In this document: in pieces, positions 60,806 to 64,000 of the stretch | Layout: each line of letters opens with the position of its first letter | Numbering within the stretch: position 1 is the first letter of the stretch | IMG/VR virus record: IMGVR_UViG_3300048592_001371 | Coordinates: 1 to 64,000 of that record | Direction: 5' to 3' (one strand) | DNA: 64,000 nucleotides | DNA from: a virus | Position numbers and translations under genes: made by a program | The notes under the pieces: model-generated | The model's database searches: none | Seen by the model: only the letters and a program-made list of their open reading frames with translations | What the model was told of the DNA's origin: nothing

Positions 60806-61908
60806 CCGCAAATCTTCTCGATATGTACAAGCCCTTCGTCGAGGACTATCAAGGACCGTGTCTTGTCATCGACCGGGCCTCGATTTTCGAGCGCATAAAA
60901 CGCTTCCTTCGCGCGGTGCCGAACGTCCTCCCGTATTATGCAATGAAGGCGAACCCGCATCCCGGTGTTCTACAGACGGTTTCGGACGCGGGTATAAACT
61001 TTGACGTTGCCTCGGCAGACGAGATTCTCTTGCTGGAGCGTACTGGTCTGAACGTGCGTCATGTGCTGTTCAGCAATCCTGTCAAGAAACCAAGCGACAT
61101 CGCTTACGCAGCTTGGAATGGCATTCAGAACTATGCAATAGATAGCCAAGAGGAAATGTTCAAGATACTGTCTATCGTGCCGCACGCCAAGATGTACGTT
61201 CGTTTGTCTTTGCCACCCAGCACCGCGGATTCCCCACTCAATGACAAATTCGGTATTGACTTGTATGAGCTAGAAGGCCTGCTCCGGATAGCTAAAACGG
61301 TCAAGGCGGACATCTGTGGAGTAACATTCCACGTTGGCTCTCAATGTCGCTATCTCGACAGTTGGGGAGACGCTATAGGAATTGCTCTCAAAGCCGGCGA
61401 GATGCTTCTGCGCGAAGGCTTTCGGTTCGAGTTGCTCAACCTGGGTGGCGGCTTTCCCGTTTCCTACACGCGTCCAATACCTGAGATCGAAGACATTGGT
61501 CTGGTGCTGGATAGGCTGTTGCAAGATCTGCCGAAAGAAACACGAGTGGTTGCCGAGCCGGGACGACACCTGGTTGCGGAATCAGGCATGCTGATCTGCC
61601 AAGTAATAGCAACCTCTACGAGGAAGGGTACTCGTTGGGCCTACTTGGATGTCGGTACATACAACGGATTGGTAGAAACGATCCAAGGCGTTGAGTGTAA
61701 TTTCTGCTATACGCAAGAAGGCGACACGGATCTTTGGAATGTAGCGGGTCCAACGTGTGATTCAAACGACATCATGTCTAAGAGGGTCCGTCTACCCCGG
61801 AATCTGGCAACTGGAGATTTTCTCTATGTGCCGAATGCCGGGGCCTATTCGGTAGCCAGTGCAAGTACATTCTGCGGAGCACACATTCCGGAGGTTATCC
61901 TATTGTGA
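60802..61908 (+). CDS. PLP-dependent fold-type III ornithine/lysine decarboxylase
   Basis: YAMKAN, FDVAS, KFG, FHVGSQ, GGGF, EPGR, GPTCDS, GAY. Confidence 0.92.
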   Translation: MTANLLDMYKPFVEDYQGPCLVIDRASIFERIKRFLRAVPNVLPYYAMKANPHPGVLQTVSDAGINFDVASADEILLLERTGLNVRHVLFSNPVKKPSDIAYAAWNGIQNYAIDSQEEMFKILSIVPHAKMYVRLSLPPSTADSPLNDKFGIDLYELEGLLRIAKTVKADICGVTFHVGSQCRYLDSWGDAIGIALKAGEMLLREGFRFELLNLGGGFPVSYTRPIPEIEDIGLVLDRLLQDLPKETRVVAEPGRHLVAESGMLICQVIATSTRKGTRWAYLDVGTYNGLVETIQGVECNFCYTQEGDTDLWNVAGPTCDSNDIMSKRVRLPRNLATGDFLYVPNAGAYSVASASTFCGAHIPEVILL

Positions 61909-62429
61909 ATCATGGACGCGTACTGTGGCTGACAGGTTTGAGTGGGTCGGGCAAGACCACTCTGGCTTGGGCACTTGACGAATTCCTACAACGCAAAGGA
62001 ATTGCTACTTCTGTCATCGACGGAGACGAGATACGCAAAACCCTGTGTAAGGATCTGGGGTATACGGCGGAGGACAGAACAGAGAACCAGCGGCGCATCG
62101 CAGGACTGGCGAGAAAACAAGCCGATCTCGACCTCACAGTAATCGTGGCCACCATCAGCCCGAGATTCAAACATCGGGTACTGGCCGAAGAGATAATCCA
62201 CCCGATCGACTTCTACGAAATCTACCTAGCCACTCCCCTCGAAGAATGCGAGAGGCGCGATCCGAAAGGGATGTACGCCAAAGCCAGAAGAGGGGAGATC
62301 AGTGCCTTCACCGGAGTTACCGATCCGTATGAGGAACCCGAACACCCCGATGTGAAAATCCCTCCGTCTTTCTCCCTCCGAGAAGCACTTCAAGCAATCG
62401 AACGGTCTGTCCGTTTCACGATTCTCTAG
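61905..62429 (+). CDS. cysC: adenylyl-sulfate (APS) kinase
   Basis: WLTGLSGSGKTT, DGDEIR, RDPKGMY, FTGV.DPYE.P. Confidence 0.95.
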   Translation: MNHGRVLWLTGLSGSGKTTLAWALDEFLQRKGIATSVIDGDEIRKTLCKDLGYTAEDRTENQRRIAGLARKQADLDLTVIVATISPRFKHRVLAEEIIHPIDFYEIYLATPLEECERRDPKGMYAKARRGEISAFTGVTDPYEEPEHPDVKIPPSFSLREALQAIERSVRFTIL

Positions 62430-62500
62430 TCTCTCACTAATTTCCCTTTGCGTTGCATTGAGTCTCCATTCACCACCCCTCCTCCTCTTGGTGTGGTTTT

Positions 62501-62537
62501 AAGGCCGGCCGGACTTTGTCTTACCGGCCTTCTTTCT
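62501..62537 (+). terminator. Rho-independent terminator
   Basis: AAGGCCGG...CCGGCCTT stem followed by CTTTCT. Confidence 0.6.
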
Positions 62538-62552
62538 GCTGTCCGTTCCGGA

Positions 62553-62566
62553 ACAATAATTTAAGA
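62553..62566 (+). promoter_or_regulatory. candidate late promoter element
   Basis: ACAATAATTTAAGA upstream of the spanin genes, identical to 40794-40807. Confidence 0.45.
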
Positions 62567-62605
62567 CTGTAGAGCAAAATCCCATTTTTGGTAGAAAGGA
62601 CCGAT

Positions 62606-63001
62606 ATGCTCAAGGGTATACTCGAGACACTAACGCCGCCCCAAGTGAAGATAGCTATCTTCGGGTTGCTGTCTTTGGCAATGATTGGCCTGTTGCTTGG
62701 CGTGTACTTCTACGGACGACACGACGGAGCAGCGGCCAACGAAGTGAAGTGGCAGAAATGGCAAGCGGAATACTTCGAAGAACTGAAGGAGAAGATCGAA
62801 GGTGTGCAAAAGTACGCTTCCGAACAAACGGCCGAAGTCAAGAAGGGAACCGCGTCCACGAACGCACGAGTGAATACCGTGCTTGAAGAAATTCGCAAGA
62901 AGGGACCGACGGTAATCTACGACGCGGAGAAAAAGGCCTGCGAATTCAAACCCGGGTTTCAGTTGAACTGGTCAACCATCAATAAGGAGGCCAACAAATG
63001 A
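62606..63001 (+). CDS. inner-membrane spanin (Rz-like)
   Basis: N-terminal TM helix, periplasmic coiled coil, C-terminal Cys; ATGA overlap with a lipoprotein gene. Confidence 0.75.
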   Translation: MLKGILETLTPPQVKIAIFGLLSLAMIGLLLGVYFYGRHDGAAANEVKWQKWQAEYFEELKEKIEGVQKYASEQTAEVKKGTASTNARVNTVLEEIRKKGPTVIYDAEKKACEFKPGFQLNWSTINKEANK

Positions 63002-63261
63002 GACTCCTCGGAATAGTCCTTGTGCTGTCTTTGACGGCCTGTGGTGGTAATCCTCTGAAAGATTTGGGTAGTGGCGCTATCGAGATAGACAGCTACCTAC
63101 TGGAAGAGTGTCCAGCCCTCGAAGAAACTGTTGTCATCAAGGACGAGACCCAGCTGTGGGAAGTGAAGGTACGAGAAACCAAACAGTATGCGGAGTGCAG
63201 AAAGAAGCAGAAAGGTTTGGCGAACGTAGTGAAGAAGGCTTTCAACCTCGAAAAGAAGTAA
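62998..63261 (+). CDS. outer-membrane spanin lipoprotein (Rz1-like)
   Basis: Signal peptide with LTAC lipobox; LL.ECP and Y.EC..K motifs. Confidence 0.8.
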   Translation: MRLLGIVLVLSLTACGGNPLKDLGSGAIEIDSYLLEECPALEETVVIKDETQLWEVKVRETKQYAECRKKQKGLANVVKKAFNLEKK

Positions 63262-63271
63262 CGGAGGCTAA

Positions 63272-63637
63272 GTGGAAACGCCACATATCGACATCACCAA
63301 GAACGCAACGTGGTTGCGTTCTTTCTCATTAACGGACAACCTCGGAAGACCTTTCGGTAACTCCAATTGGGACTTGTCCTTCGCACTTCTCGATTCGCGC
63401 GATCCGAACGTGGTCTTGCTTGCTGTTGACAAGGCCTCCGGTCGTTGCTGGTGGGACGGACAAAACACCGTGATGGTCTCGCTACCGGATGAAGTGACGA
63501 ATGCGCTTCAGGTCCCTCAGGCGAGATTCTACCTCAAAGTGATTTCCAACGATCCTGTGATCGACCCTACCGGGTACGGAAGAATCGTCTGTAATGGCGT
63601 CCTTAACATCAACCCAGCGGCTCCAGCGCCGCATTAA
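63272..63637 (+). CDS. hypothetical virion protein (Ig-like/BppU-like)
   Basis: GGAGG SD with GTG start; beta-rich pattern. Confidence 0.5.
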   Translation: METPHIDITKNATWLRSFSLTDNLGRPFGNSNWDLSFALLDSRDPNVVLLAVDKASGRCWWDGQNTVMVSLPDEVTNALQVPQARFYLKVISNDPVIDPTGYGRIVCNGVLNINPAAPAPH

Positions 63638-63649
63638 CGGAGAGAAAGA

Positions 63650-64000
63650 ATGGGAACAGTCTACGCACCCGATCCTTTGATTAACGTGTCGCTGGGCTTT
63701 GGCGGCGGAGGAAGCGGAAGTGGTAGTGGCAGCTGTGGCTGCTCTTCCTCTTCGATCTACGCTCTGTGCCCGGCCAACGCGGGGAACGGTCTCGCCAATA
63801 ACCCTCCAGGAGTCAATCCTATGCAAGCTGCTGCAATCGTCTATGTGCCGGCGTTCAAAGCCGTGGCCATGGGAACCAATGGTGTTACGTTGGCGGACAA
63901 TACAAATCCGGCACACCGTGATGTTGTCCTCGGCCTGTCAGACAACAACTATACGCCGGGCGCGATGGTGAACATCTTCCACGGTGGTCCCATCACCAAT
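63650..64000 (+). CDS. putative capsid-fibre/cement-like protein (3' truncated by window)
   Basis: Open frame MGTVYAPD...AFKAV...LAD...VLGL...G.I to the window end; not in the ORF track because it has no stop. Confidence 0.55.
   Translation, partial: MGTVYAPDPLINVSLGFGGGGSGSGSGSCGCSSSSIYALCPANAGNGLANNPPGVNPMQAAAIVYVPAFKAVAMGTNGVTLADNTNPAHRDVVLGLSDNNYTPGAMVNIFHGGPITN

Noticed and set aside
1-64000. tRNA/rRNA genes, integrase, transposase, introns
   Set aside because: None recognisable by eye; intergenic gaps are short. tRNAscan-SE or Infernal would be needed to exclude them formally

Overview
64 kb of a large, GC-rich, contractile-tailed (myovirus) phage genome infecting a Gram-negative host (i-/o-spanin pair with lipobox). 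Positions 1-2.9 kb hold small leftward early-type genes behind a sigma70-like promoter. From 3.2 kb the genes form an essentially continuous rightward late region: scaffold-like protein, head protein and major capsid; tail completion, sheath (with a papain-like protease inserted before the tube), tube, chaperone with a likely +1 frameshift, tape measure/SLT; a T4-style baseplate; then about 23 kb of modular tail-fibre and adhesin genes. The stand-out element is a ~17 kb enzyme cluster (45.1-62.4 kb) between the fibre genes and the spanins. It encodes an orphan RiPP (TOMM C-protein/E1-like) leader-binding protein, four PP-loop/asparagine-synthetase-like ligases (three directly coupled to a paralogous fibre-chaperone-like protein), three cobalamin-dependent radical SAM enzymes interleaved with three GNAT acyltransferases, a sulfotransferase (a second lies in the adhesin block), APS kinase and an ornithine decarboxylase. 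My inference is a phage-encoded, RiPP-like post-translational tailoring system for virion fibres. All family calls come from motif recognition by eye; no database searches were run.
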